Of a DNA stretch of 64,000 nt, positions 1 to 12,285 are shown piece after piece. The notes under the pieces were generated by a model. It did no database searches. It was not told the origin of the DNA and saw nothing but the letters and a program-made list of their open reading frames with translations. The position numbers and the translations under genes are program-made. The DNA is from Porphyridium purpureum (taxonomy: Eukaryota), in the NCBI GenBank assembly GCA_008690995.1, contig VRMN01000004.1:1364001-1428000 (forward strand), read 5' to 3'. Within the stretch, counting starts at the first letter, position 1; each line of letters begins with the position of its first letter.

Positions 1-3000
1 TCCTTTTCCATGGGAAGCTTCCTTGGATTCGCCGATTCCATTCCGAACCTTTCCAGGATGGTTTGGACATACAAGCTTTGATTAAGTCTGATAATGCCAT
101 TCCTTTGATCATAATCAAGAGTGTAGCCGGCAAATTTTTGCTTGACCACTTGCCCAAGATCCCTGACTTCAAACTTGCCTTGCAAATGCAGAAGCACTTC
201 ATTTGAAGTAACTTCGTCTTCACCTATGAAGACCAAGTCATCGACGTAAATCATGATATACGGACCATTTGGACCCTTAGAAAACAGACAAGGATCTGCC
301 GTACTTTCGGAAAAATTGATTTCTTTAAGTGCTTGCACAAGAACTTGATTCCAAGCTCGAGATGCCTGCTTCAATCCATAGATTGCTTTACGCAGTTTCA
401 GGACTTTTCCTCCTTCATGTACGAATCCAGGAGGCTGTTCCATGAAAATTTCTTCATGAAGTTCTCCATTGAGAAACGCAGTCACCACATCGAAAAGTCG
501 AATTTTCAACTTTCTTGCAGCTGCTACTGCCAGGACCGTTCGAATAGTGTTGTGTCGCACAACAGGGCTGAACACTTCGTCGTAGTCCAAACCAGGTTTC
601 TGAGTGAAACCTTTTGCGACAAGTCGACACTTGAACCGATCAATTTGTCCGTTGACATTATATTTGATCTTAAAAACCCATTTGCATCTGACAGGAATTC
701 GGTCCTGTGGACGATCGACGAGCTCCCACGTGCAGTTGCCAGTGAGAGATTCCAATTCTCTATTCAGAGCTTCCAGCCATTGCTCAGAGAAGTCACCCTT
801 TAGTGCTTCTTCGACTGACCGAGGTTCAGAAACGGTGGAAATTATTCCAACGAATTGATTTGCGACATATCCACTGTCTTGACTTTCGTCATCCTCAGTA
901 TTCCCAAAGTTTCCATTTGGAGCTTTTTGGAACCCTAAATCTTTCGAATTATTCTGAACTTTTTCCAGAAACGTTTCTCCGATTTCATTTGAAATAGAAT
1001 ATTCCTGACTGCGATCATCCATTTGTCGAGTGGAATCTGTTTCAAAATTTTTTGACGCGATTTGAGACTTTTCATCAAACGACTTCGAGAAATCTTTTGG
1101 AAACAACTCTTCGACAATTTTATCGAAGTTGGAAAAATATTCCGAATCGTGGATTTCATGTTCATGAACATCTATTCCAACGACAGACTCATCGAAAGTG
1201 ACATTTCGACTTTCAACGACCGTGCCATCCGATAGAAGAATGCGATAAACGGAATGGACATTTCCATAACCGACCAAGCATCCAATTGCAGATCTTGTTT
1301 CTAGTTTTCCTCGCAATTGCTTAGGAATATGAACAAACGCTCTCGATCCGTAGATTCTGAGATTGCTGAGATCTGGCCTTTGCCTGAATGCAATTTCTAT
1401 CGGCGTTTTCCCGCGATTATTTGAAATGCGATTTCGCAAATAATTCGCAGTCAACAAAGCATTACTCCAATTTTCCAAAGGTAGATTACTATCAAACAAT
1501 AAGCTTCGAACCTTTTCGAGTAATGTCCGATTCATGCGTTCAGCCATACCATTAAGTTCTGGCGTGTAAGCAGAGGTATTTTCCCAAGTAATTCCAGAGT
1601 CTTGGAGATGCCTTTGCACATAAAGGCTTGCGAATTCGCCACCTTTGTCGGACCGAACTCTTTTTGCCTTTGCACCAAGAGTCGTTTCGAGATATTTAAG
1701 TGTGCGCAGTAACATTTCACCCGCTTCACTTTTTCGCTCGAGCAAGTGGACGACACTCAAACTTGAGCATTCGTCGACGACAACTAGAAAATATCGATGG
1801 TCGTCAAAACTCGAAGGAGTGAGTGGTCCGCATACATCAGTATGAAGGACTTCTCCCGGAACCGCCGAAATGGAATTCAATTTCCGCTTCTTAAAGGGAG
1901 TTCGTGTTCCCTTTGCCTTTTGGCAAATCACACAATGGTATTCATCCGGAACTTTTAAGTCCGCGGGAATTCCCTGTACACAATTTTGCGTATTTTTCAG
2001 ACCAGCAAGTCCAGGATGACCAAGTCGACGGTGAAATAGCTCAAACTTATTTGAAGCTGTGATTGCATTTATTCTAGCGGCGGATAGTTTGATCATTAAA
2101 TCACCATCCCCAACCGCTAGGACGGGCCCATCTGACCCAAAATGCAAAACAGATGAACTATCATCGTGTTTGAAGACACAGCCCTTTCTCGCTGCGACCT
2201 TTGTCGAAAGGAGATTTATGGGTGTGCTTTCGATCAACAAAACATTTTCAAGACGCAAGTCATTAAACTTGTCTTGAATAATTGTTTTGAGCATGACATC
2301 ACCCATCAATGAAACTTCAACATGTTCCCCGTTGGCAACAGTAACAAGTGATTCATCAGAAGGTCTTTCATTCATTAGAATAGACCTATCCCAAGTGATA
2401 TGTCTGTCCGATCCAGAATCGAACATCCATTTGTGCGACTTGTGCTTGTGGGGCACAACAGAGACACAGATGGCATAGATGGAAGTGGTGGCTTTATTGA
2501 TTGGTGCAGGGGTCGCTGGGGGGCTAATCATGCGGATATCCAGAGAAGGGCCTTTTGGCACCACGCCCCTTCCCGCAACGCTATTCGCGTAGGCCTCCCA
2601 CGACATCCAACCTGGCTCAATGGCTGCCTTTGCCGCCGGAGCCGGTGGTTTCGTCACCTTGGTTTTTACCTGAACCACATTCACCCGCGCATTCGGCTTT
2701 CCGATGCCGCGTTTCACTGCCTCCGGGTCTGCTGCGCCACTCGCACCAGCAGCCTTGTCGCGCAAGTCATTCTTGCGCTTAAAGCAACGCTTCGTCTCGT
2801 GCCCAACCTTGTGGCAGTAGCCACACTTCAGGTTCTCCTTGACGAGTGCCGTCTTCACGACACCCGCTGAGCGATCACGCTGCTGTTGCTGCGGACGCTG
2901 GGACACCGCCATTGCGATGGGCGGGGGCTCATCTGCCAACGTGCGCTCGAGCGCTTTTCCGGCCTCCAGCTGGAGCAGTTGCAGCCGAGCTGCGGAGACC

Positions 3001-3563
3001 GTGGGCGCCGAATGCAGCAGGTAGTCCTTCGACCCCTGAAACTCTTTGCGGAGCCCGATCACCAGATAACGCACGACATGGTCCTCGGGAACTTGCTCAC
3101 CGATCGAGACAAGCTTGTCCCACAGACCGATTCCGCGATCCAAGTACTCGGCCATTGCCTCGTTCTTGTTCTGGACAATGCGCTCCAGCGCCATGCGAAA
3201 CGCGAACTTCTGCGCCGACAGTTGATCGTGCGCATAATTCGCCACCGCGGACCAACCGTCCGCCGACGACTTATCGCGGACGAGACGGTCGTACCTGTTC
3301 TCCAAGACCCCGGACAGAAAGAACTGTCCCGCCAGGTCCGCATCGTCCCACTCTTCTGCCGTCATCCCGGTAGTTGCACGCGACGACGACGATGGGCGAA
3401 CGACCATCCCCGCAACGACGGGCCACAGCTTCACCACACGCAACGCGAGCTTCGTGCGGCGTGCCCAAATGTCGTAATTCTCGCCATTGAACTTTTCCAC
3501 GCCGTTCGCAAGCGCGGACAGCTTCGACGCATCAAACGTAAACGCCATCGCGTCTGGGCTCAT
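1..3563 (-). CDS. Copia gag-pol polyprotein (3'-partial)
   Basis: Starts MSPDAMAFTFDASKLSALANGVEKFNGENYDIWARR. Contains zinc knuckle CGYCHKVGHETKRC (~2790-2830), protease WMFDSGSDRHIT (~2395-2430), integrase FHRRLGHPG...CVIC, VLHTDVCGP and NGMAERMNRTL, and RT IYVDDL (~235-252). The start codon and ILERFGMESANP at the window edge share one frame. It is absent from the ORF track, consistent with no stop inside the window. Confidence 0.9.
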   Translation of the reverse strand, partial: MSPDAMAFTFDASKLSALANGVEKFNGENYDIWARRTKLALRVVKLWPVVAGMVVRPSSSSRATTGMTAEEWDDADLAGQFFLSGVLENRYDRLVRDKSSADGWSAVANYAHDQLSAQKFAFRMALERIVQNKNEAMAEYLDRGIGLWDKLVSIGEQVPEDHVVRYLVIGLRKEFQGSKDYLLHSAPTVSAARLQLLQLEAGKALERTLADEPPPIAMAVSQRPQQQQRDRSAGVVKTALVKENLKCGYCHKVGHETKRCFKRKNDLRDKAAGASGAADPEAVKRGIGKPNARVNVVQVKTKVTKPPAPAAKAAIEPGWMSWEAYANSVAGRGVVPKGPSLDIRMISPPATPAPINKATTSIYAICVSVVPHKHKSHKWMFDSGSDRHITWDRSILMNERPSDESLVTVANGEHVEVSLMGDVMLKTIIQDKFNDLRLENVLLIESTPINLLSTKVAARKGCVFKHDDSSSVLHFGSDGPVLAVGDGDLMIKLSAARINAITASNKFELFHRRLGHPGLAGLKNTQNCVQGIPADLKVPDEYHCVICQKAKGTRTPFKKRKLNSISAVPGEVLHTDVCGPLTPSSFDDHRYFLVVVDECSSLSVVHLLERKSEAGEMLLRTLKYLETTLGAKAKRVRSDKGGEFASLYVQRHLQDSGITWENTSAYTPELNGMAERMNRTLLEKVRSLLFDSNLPLENWSNALLTANYLRNRISNNRGKTPIEIAFRQRPDLSNLRIYGSRAFVHIPKQLRGKLETRSAIGCLVGYGNVHSVYRILLSDGTVVESRNVTFDESVVGIDVHEHEIHDSEYFSNFDKIVEELFPKDFSKSFDEKSQIASKNFETDSTRQMDDRSQEYSISNEIGETFLEKVQNNSKDLGFQKAPNGNFGNTEDDESQDSGYVANQFVGIISTVSEPRSVEEALKGDFSEQWLEALNRELESLTGNCTWELVDRPQDRIPVRCKWVFKIKYNVNGQIDRFKCRLVAKGFTQKPGLDYDEVFSPVVRHNTIRTVLAVAAARKLKIRLFDVVTAFLNGELHEEIFMEQPPGFVHEGGKVLKLRKAIYGLKQASRAWNQVLVQALKEINFSESTADPCLFSKGPNGPYIMIYVDDLVFIGEDEVTSNEVLLHLQGKFEVRDLGQVVKQKFAGYTLDYDQRNGIIRLNQSLYVQTILERFGMESANPRKLPMEK

Positions 3564-3567
3564 AACC
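3554..3567 (-). other. Primer-binding site GGTTATGAGCCCAG (internal/half tRNA-iMet type)
   Basis: Directly abuts the LTR. Matches the Ty5/Drosophila copia-type PBS complementary to the anticodon-arm region of initiator tRNA-Met. Confidence 0.85.
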
Positions 3568-3892
3568 TATTAAAAGGTCTGATGTATCGGGGAGTCTTTG
3601 TGACTTGTCACTAACGCAGTTGCGTGTCCCCTTCGTCGCCCTTGCAACTAACCTTACCTTCGTCATCCGGGGACTCCGAGCCTCGGCCATCGCTAAGCTC
3701 TTCATATAGGCAATCGTAGTGCTTTCACTAGTGAGATTGCCAACTGTACCTCCAGGGCAAAAACCCTTATTTACTATAAGTTGGAGAAATACAGAAAGTT
3801 GGAGAAATACAGAAAGTTGGAGCTGAAACATTCCCCATGGTATTACTACTTTACCTGGGGAGGGAATCTACCGAAACCCTGGATTCATAACA
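3568..3892 (-). repeat. 5' LTR (325 bp), termini TG...TA, with an internal 18-bp tandem repeat (AAGTTGGAGAAATACAGA, about 2.5 copies)
   Basis: Identical by eye to 5309-5633 and adjacent to the PBS. Confidence 0.93.
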
Positions 3893-6700
3893 AACTCCAG
3901 ATTTAAGCGTATTGATTATTCAATGTACAAGGATAGATTCGAGTAAATGTAGATGTGAGCTAGAACGTACTTCAGGATTGCGTTGCGCGCTAAATTTATC
4001 GTCTTGCACTTACGTATCTGTCATTGGAATGCTAAATTCAAGAATTTTGGACAAAATGAAGGCTTTCTTGCTTTACAGAAAATCGTTGAATCCGTGGCAT
4101 TACAATTTTTGACGAATTTGGCAATCTACTTCTGCACGATCCTGGACACCCAGTAGTCGTAGGTGGTATCACGGCTCTTGCTGATCTTGAGAATTGGGGC
4201 GAATAATGTTTTCAGCTCGGCGAGGTCGGTGGGTAAACACTGCGCCGAAAGCATCTTTACCCCGGGAGCCTTTCTTGCTTTCATAGACTTTGAGGCTGAA
4301 GAGTAAGATCCGAAGTTGATGCGCCTTCAACTGCAGGCAAGAGAATTAGAGGTGGCATCAGCAGCTTACTTTAAAATCGTGTCAGATGGAAAAACGTTTT
4401 TACTCGATAGAATCGAAAGTCAAATGTCGCACCGGCAACATCAGAAGCTGAGTATGTTTCATCATCAGAGTCATATGTAGAATCACAAATGTGTTTATGT
4501 TTCCTCGGTACGAAGAGAATCGAAATTTAATTAGCTCTATCGCAAATGCGCGGATGCGGTCGCAAATCCATGAACTAATGCGAGAACTTAAATATCCAAG
4601 AAGATATATCGTAGACTGATATCATGGTTCCGGAAAGTATTCAACCATGAAAATGGATAGGATCAGTTTGCAGCTTGTTAAACAATTTTGGCGATTTTTT
4701 TAGTCTTCGGAACGAGGACGAAGTTGTCAGTTTAGTCTCAGACCAGGTTCGAATTCGTTCTTTTTTATCATTGTATTTCGCATTTCTTCCTTGTTTCACC
4801 GACTTGCCTGCTTTTGTCGCTCTTGTTCCCTTCAAACACGATAAGCATCCACATGATAGAATGTCTGATTTCAGATTTTAGCCGAGAAGTTCTTCACTTC
4901 ACTTTCTGACCCGAGGCTGCATGGTTGTAATGAATCCACAATATAGAAAATGGGCTTAAACTTTCGTTATGGCCAGGAAGAAAGTGCCTTGTTTTTTGCT
5001 TTCAGATGAAAATTGAGACGATATAGATTCAATTTTCACGACAAATTGAGTGCCCAAACCATGTGCTACCCAAATTGAACAGTAACTTCATACTCGAAGG
5101 GGAATGCTGAACTAGAAATGCACTGGCGATGACAGACCTGTGTTGCATGAGGCTCCGAGCGATCATATCTCGTGTGGTCTTTCAATGCAGATCCCGTCAT
5201 AGACATTCGGATTCGCTGCATAGGACTTGAATCGATGATAAACATAGTTTACCAATCACATGCTTGTTTTCTCAGATAATCAAGATTATTCAGAGACATA
5301 GATGGTATTATTAAAAGGTCTGATGTATCGGGGAGTCTTTGTGACTTGTCACTAACGCAGTTGCGTGTCCCCTTCGTCGCCCTTGCAACTAACCTTACCT
5401 TCGTCATCCGGGGACTCCGAGCCTCGGCCATCGCTAAGCTCTTCATATAGGCAATCGTAGTGCTTTCACTAGTGAGATTGCCAACTGTACCTCCAGGGCA
5501 AAAACCCTTATTTACTATAAGTTGGAGAAATACAGAAAGTTGGAGAAATACAGAAAGTTGGAGCTGAAACATTCCCCATGGTATTACTACTTTACCTGGG
5601 GAGGGAATCTACCGAAACCCTGGATTCATAACAGGTATAGTTCCAATCTGATCGTAGCGCACCCGTTGATGAAGACGTGAGGCTTGCGCGAGGTACAAGT
5701 ACCCGTCCTGTCGCTCGTTCGATGGCAGCAACGCAAACTTCTTCGCAAGAGCTCCGCGACGACACATCCGAATGTCGACTCGCAGGATCCTCAAGAAGCA
5801 CTCCTATTCGCCCCAACGTCAATTGGACCGAATGGTAGGGGTTTCGCTTGGCTGCTGATGCAATCGTCCGTGTCTTCTCCATGAGACCCACGAATCACAG
5901 CAAATTCATCTCTGCGAGTACAAGAGATATGCAGACTACATAATTCCTTGTATCGATGAACACTTTAATGATCAACACGTCAGAATTCCATTCGCCGAAG
6001 GTATCCAGACGAGACCTGCTAGATTTGGCAACCGACAAAGGGTCTTCCTTCACTTTTCTTGGGAAATGGTGAGGTACACTGATACTGATATTGTTTCGTG
6101 AAGTCTATTTGTATCTGTTCCAAGGATCGCGTCTCGTGGTATTTTGATAAAGGCTCTGATTTCCGACCACCGTATTTCAGTTTGAATTATACAGAAGTTC
6201 TCTCTTTCGTCCGAGCTGGCTCCAAGTTATTCGTGGTTTTAGTAGAACAAATTTGTCGATCATTGCACTCGCACAGCGGTCCTGGACTCTTTTGGAAGCT
6301 AGAAGTGTGATTTACCAACCGCTGTCGTTGTGCCCTCAGTGCGAGCATTGCAGAAGATGTCAGATTCCTATCAAGCCCCGGGTCCGATGTTCACTCCACT
6401 CGCATCCATCGAACTCTTCGCCTACAAAACTAAACACCCACCCTTGCCGAAGACCACTCCCATTCACGCACACGACCTCTTCCAAAACGTCGGTACTTTT
6501 TCCTCGTTCCGAAACCTCGAACCGAACTCGGCTAGTAAATGGGTTTGCAGAGGACCGCTTCGTGGGCTCACTCGGTTTTACCTTGGAGGCACCGCACAAC
6601 AAGGCGCCGCCATCATTTTCACGGCGACATGAAATTAGACAATAAAACTGGAACAGTAGCAAGCAGTTCATTTTTTTCGCCTGGACTGCAAACGAACGAT
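3893..6700 (-). pseudogene. Heavily decayed Ty3/gypsy-like pol remnant into which the copia copies inserted (limits approximate)
   Basis: Fragmentary, stop-ridden minus-strand peptides: YDYWVSRIVQK*IAKFVKNCNA (~4095-4160, integrase Zn-domain-like), PIHFHG*ILS (~4630-4660, RNase H-like) and TWFGHSI (~5045-5065, RT-like). They fall in RT-RH-INT order. Confidence 0.4.
5309..5633 (-). mobile_element. Solo LTR of the same copia family with 5-bp target-site duplication GGTAT
   Basis: 325-bp copy of 3568-3892, flanked by GGTAT at 5304-5308 and 5634-5638. No PBS is adjacent. Confidence 0.93.
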
Positions 6701-9700
6701 TTTTTCTCGTGTCCGAGGATACACGTGCTTCTCAAGTTGTCATCGCAATCGATAGCTGTCATCGTGAGCGAGCGACGTATGCGTTATAGAATATGCTTAC
6801 GGAAAAGTGTGTCCCTTCACAGCCCGCCAACCCAAATTTAATTTTACGTGCGTGACTATCAGGACGCGAAGATGACATCTATTTTCCGGACTCATAACAT
6901 TCTGTTAAAGAATCTGACGGATTCGCAGAGATACACGGCCGCGATCGTTGAGTCTTGTTCCGCAAAGTACTAAAACGACGATGATTAGTGCGGCATCGAT
7001 TCGTATTAGCATTTAGGGAGCTAGTGGGAGGCTCGATTTGCGGAGCGACATGCGCACAGGGTTGAGACCGATGTATGCTAGTCAGTGCAGTCATGAGGCC
7101 GTTTTGTTAAGCGAATTGAACCAGTCACACGAGTATGGCAGGCCGGCGTCCTATACACTAGTCGCCAGTACAGGACTGTCCAAGTTTTCCCCAAAACATT
7201 GTCCTGTTTGATAGCGTGTAACGAGTCGGCGTGAAGCAAAAGCTCAAGGATCCACAAATAGCGACCGTAACATAAGAGACGGGAGTGATGAGGGCCTCGA
7301 ACGGAAGCCTCAGGAATGCCCTGGAAAAATGTGAAAAGTACAAGTAAACTTACGTGACGAGATTCTTTTCGAAGAAGGAAGCTGGTATGTCGTCTGGTGA
7401 TCTCCAACGTCGATACCGGCCTGCAGACGATCGGACATGCTTTCGAAATGGGGGCGTCAGCGCACTTCTGCACTTTTCTTCGCCAAGGGTCACACCTAAA
7501 GAGAAGCTCATCTCCTCACGAAAGTTTGGGTCATTGACGGTTTACACAGTGTGGACCATGCTATACCACGGTCTCTTCACCGGTAACAATCTTTTGTTAG
7601 ACTTATAGCCACACCAAACACCAACCAAACACCTTTCGAAAGCCTTCTCCCGATTTTTATACCCTCAAGCCTCAACCGGAACTAAACTAAAGAAAAGAAT
7701 TCAAAAGTCTCTGTTTCTCTGTGGTCACCGCTTCACTCAACATGCTGGCACCGCCATACAGCAGTGGGCTCTAAGTACCTATCTAACAGCCTGGGCATTG
7801 AATATCTTGGTTCCTGTGCGGGTTGTGTGTGCTGTATCCTTCGACAAAGAAACGTAAAATAGAACTGAATTTGACTGAAATGGCTTTTGAAAAATGAGAT
7901 GGTAAAATACACACTCGCATGCACGCTTTCAACTGCATTTCAGCTGGGGACTGCGCCGGCCAGTCAAGTAGCGCAATTCCGACTGTATCGAAAAGCTTGC
8001 GCGTGCTCAGCGCTGCATGTCGAGGTGATTTGTGTTGCTGAGATATGCATGGAGAGGCTGGCTGGTCGAGACACCAAGGCAGCTCAGAGGCCGAAGGCTT
8101 CAGGACGTCCAGCCAGACCTGGTACTATCACTCGGCAGTCAGTGACCTTGGACGCGATGCAGGGCCTTCGCTTCGTGATGCGACATGACGCTACAAAACA
8201 CTATCGGTCCTGCGCCGCCGTGGCGACGGACGGTGGGCGCGGGCCGAGCGCCCCGCGTGTGCTAGTAAGTATCGTTGTACCCGTGTGGCCCGTCTGACTT
8301 GGTTCTTTCCCAAAATGCATCGCTTTCACCTTCGCGTCACGATACAGAGACCTGGTGGATCTTGCCGGACCCAGGAACATTCCAAGCACTCTGCGCACGG
8401 TATTGTGCTCCGTAACTGCCTGAGCAGGTTTAAACCTCAAAACATTGGTGAAATCAAGCACGCAGCGTCCAAATTCGGCGCGATGTTTGGCCCAGGCCCG
8501 AGCATTTTCAAAAGCATGTTCCAGCCTCTATTCTTCGGAAATTCATCTTCAGTCTTATATGATGGTTTAGCTTTGTCTGGGCGCGGACACAGGCTTGCTG
8601 CACTGGGGCGCGGCGCCGGTCCTACCCGGTGCAGATCGTTGATCTACCCTTTCTCGAAATCGACAAGTCGCACAAGCGTGCCTCTGATTCGTACGGCTTC
8701 TAGGCTTTATCGCTGTTGTGTGCCCGAGTGAAAGAAGACGTCGGTGTTGTTTTCCTTCCGAAAACGCCATAAGCCTCGCGCAAAGCCCCATCAGATTGAA
8801 TTGGCTTTCCGGAATTTATCGAAATCTTTAAGAAAAGGTGTCAACCCCAATAAAAATGACAGGTGCGCGAAGAAAGAAATGGTGCGAAAGAGGAGAAAAG
8901 AGGAAGCAAACGTTGTGGAGGGATGCGAACAAACTTTTGGTGCCGCGACGCCAAACATAAACGTTACGGTGAAGCACACGCGTCTCTACGCGCATTGGTA
9001 CGGATTTGTACAAAGTCCAGATTTTGGCTAGCTCAATCGAGCACCGGGCGGCAAAATCTGCAGTCTTCAGCGCGATTAGCGATTGAAAGTGGTGTACATG
9101 GGCGAACACGCGCACCACATGAACATCCCAAAAATTTGTGATCGTTTTGATATCAGTTGAGTTTGCAAGCCACTGCTTGGCATGCACATTCTTTCCATGA
9201 AAATCAATCTTCTCAGGCTTCGCCGCATGCGGCTTTGCGCTGTCACACTGGCACACGAAAACTGCAACCACGGCACCATGGTACTTGTCAAAGCTTCGGG
9301 GCTCATTGAGCATGGTTGGGTGCTAGTGCGCGCAGACAGGCCCTTGAACGAACTCGAGCATGTGACAGTTGTCCGATACATTTGTATCCCAGACCATTGG
9401 AGAGCCGCCACCGGACTAGCGAGCGCAGTCACGAGGACGAATGTGGCAATAATTAAATGTCGTACAGCAACTGTACTCGATAACAGCCCGACCCTTGTTA
9501 TAAGTGGTTGTCCCAGTTATTCGGAGGATCCGTTGATGAAGAGTCCAAAAGCCCGTCTGTCTCGCGGCGGGCGACTTGTTCAAAATAGTTACAGGTAAGG
9601 GGTTTCGAGAAGATTGTTTTGTCTTTGATTGACAGTTCGAAGCCAAGCTCGCTGTCGGCCCCCTTTGCACGACATTAATTTATTCTAGGTGCAGCAAAAC

Positions 9701-10684
9701 GGTGCGGTTTGAGTTCAACTTGTCCTTGTCTGAAAAGACGACATTATGCCACATGTTGGCGCCTGACTAGTGCTCGAACGCTCATTTCATGTTGTCAAGC
9801 GCTCTTTGCTGCCATTGCTCAGCTCGCTCCTCTCCCTCTCTCTACATCGTCTGTTTCGCATCCCCTTTCCTCTGCATACTAATGCATATGCAAGTAAAGA
9901 CCCTGCGGCTCGGGACAAGCTGCAGTACCAAGAATGAGAGTGAGAGAGAGATTATATTTCTCTAACAAGGTTCCAGCTAGGATCCGGCAAGGTCAAAGCG
10001 AAATTTGGACGAGGATGCTGTGAGCGTCCAAGCGGGACCCCGAACAGGCCCCAGCGAGGGCTAAGGCAATCACTAGACTAGCTGAAAATACTGCAGGCTG
10101 CATCATATGCATGCCTCTGTCTTCGACGTGACTATTTTGGAGACGTGCAATGCCAAAGACCTCACGCATGGCCATGTGAATTGTGATAAAAGGTGCAGTA
10201 GGCTAGGAGCCGCAAAATTCGACGATTTCCAGGACCGGGCGTGCCACTCTGGCACGACTAGAAAGTGGGACATTCTGAATGATCTTCCCCACTGGCAGCG
10301 CAAGCTCCATAGCGCTGTCACTTCTAGAGCACGTCTCGTATGTGGCATTCTTGTCTGGACAACTATAAATGATACGGATGCATTGTGCTGCCTAACGAAT
10401 ACTTCCGGGACGCGAAGGCTACCTTCTCTCTAGAGCTTCATCGGCGCCGTGCTCTCGAATCGAGGCGCTTGGTTTCCGCACCATGGCTGCAAGCGATAAA
10501 TCTTAAGTGCGTTTTGTCGTGGAAACCTTGAAAGTTATGATTGAGGATTTGAACTATGCACCGGTACCGCTGGATTAAATCGCCGTCATCTCAATTCCCG
10601 ACATCTTTGCGTGGAGCAATTGCCGTACCTCGGTAGTCACCGAAACAATTTCCAAAAAGAATGTTCACTTTTAACTGTAGGCAC

Positions 10685-10685
<1 letters not shown>

Positions 10686-10736
<51 letters not shown>
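10686..10736 (+). repeat. Poly(A) tract, 51 nt
   Basis: Read directly from the sequence. Confidence 0.95.
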
Positions 10737-10737
<1 letters not shown>

Positions 10738-12285
10738 AACTGAGATTTCGGATTTTCTCTGACAGCGAGAAACGGGCTGGTGTCGTCGTGATTACTCTAC
10801 TCATGTATTTTCAGAGGCGTCTCACAACTGTCGGTTGGTTCAAGTTCCTGAACAATATAAATAGCGCGGCCCATATCTTGGCGGTCACGCGCAGGGGAAA
10901 CAGGTAAGATAAGAATTAGAAAAGTGTGCGATAGAAATCTTACGGTAAAGTTCAAAGTGCGAAAGAGGGGACTACCCGGAACGCGCAGGAACACCACGGA
11001 GCCCATGACCAGACGGTCCTCGGCCCCGTAGTTTCACTCCCACGCTCTTGAAGATATCTTCCGGGACGCAATCCCGAATATTGCGACAGCTGGTGCAAAC
11101 GCGCACTTTTCGCGGATTCAAAGTTCTGAAAAAGTGTCATAACGGTTTTATCATCGGTTTTCACCGGAATCGTTATGTTTGACAATGGAAATGCAGCTTG
11201 GGCATTTCCGTTACGGGTGGGAGAACCGCCTTGGCGACGACAATGTAGTGACCGATAACGAAACATTGCTCCTTGAGCATAGCACCGGAGACTATGTGTT
11301 TCTCTACATCGCTATCCACACCATCGCGGGGACCGCCGTCGTAGCCGACTTGCAAAGGTGGTCACCCTTCCCCCGACTCGAAAGAACCCCGTCGGAGCTC
11401 TACGTAACAGCAAGCTTTCCCTCGTAGAATAAAGCTGCCCTTCTTTTCGTCGAGCCACAGTAAAACACGTCTCTGTCACTTTTTGCCTGCATAGGCAATG
11501 GCTGGTTCGAAGCCATTGTTTGTACGACCCAAGCGGCAGCGCGCTTGCTGTGTACGAGCGCAAGTGACACTTTTGGCACGAATTGGCAACAGCATTGGTG
11601 GTTTGTGGAAAATAAATCGAAATCTATATCTTTTGAGTGGCCGAAGACTGCGGCAGATTGCTGAGGAAGCTACCCGCTTTTGCCTTGACACATCTAGCTC
11701 TTTACCTGAAGCTCTATTCAGGCCCCGTCGGTGCGGGGTGCAAGGTCGCACTTAAATTCTCGTACCGTGCCGACAACCGGGGCGTCAGTGGGTGCAGTCA
11801 GCGCCGCGGGTTAGGCCTCGCGTGACGCCTTTGTGGTCCATTCTTTGTTTGCCCAGCCTTTTGCCTCCAGTGTACTTGAACTGAACGTCTAGGCAGGATA
11901 GAAGTACAGCTGCGTTGCGCACACCGTACCTCTCTGATCGAACCCGTGCTGCGATTGTTGCACGTCACGCTGACGCGGTACAGCGCGCACAGTATCTTAA
12001 TGCCCTAGCTCGATGATGACAAGACGCCCGCTTCTTGGAGGAAGCCGCGACACACTTTCACCGCTCTCCTCGACGTGGAAGAGTGTGTACTTTGTGCCTT
12101 GGAAGGGCGGCGAGGAGGGAAACACGGTAGTTTTATGCGAGCGGTCTCTGTTTTGTCCCTAGAAGATTCTCATAGGTCGGGAGAAGACGTCCGCTTGAAA
12201 CTCCTTGGCACGCGGCACTAGGAAGTTCTGTGGAGGATTTCGCGCCGGAGCGGAGGGCTGCGGGGAAGGCCCACACACAGGAAAC

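Larger units (their letters stand above)
1..3892 (-). mobile_element. Ty1/copia LTR retrotransposon, 5' part (continues past the left window edge)
   Basis: On the minus strand the order is LTR, PBS, gag, protease, integrase, RT, which is the copia domain order. Confidence 0.96.

Noticed and set aside
2886..3614. 242-aa plus-strand ORF antisense to gag
   Set aside because: It has a non-ATG start and no motifs. It is an expected shadow of GC-rich codon usage.
3532..5572. Near-identical ORFs MFQLQLSVFLQLSVFLQL...
   Set aside because: These are translations of the duplicated LTR and its 18-bp repeat, not genes.
3568..5633. Two direct LTRs as the ends of one small non-autonomous (TRIM-like) element
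   Set aside because: The second LTR has its own TSD on both sides, and the PBS and gag lie outside the pair. They are two separate insertions.
8828..9313. Possible ASCH-like domain fragment
   Set aside because: The resemblance is only vague and there is no GxKxxExR motif, so it cannot be supported without a profile search.
10611..10907. Poly-lysine ORF
   Set aside because: It is an artefact of the A51 tract.
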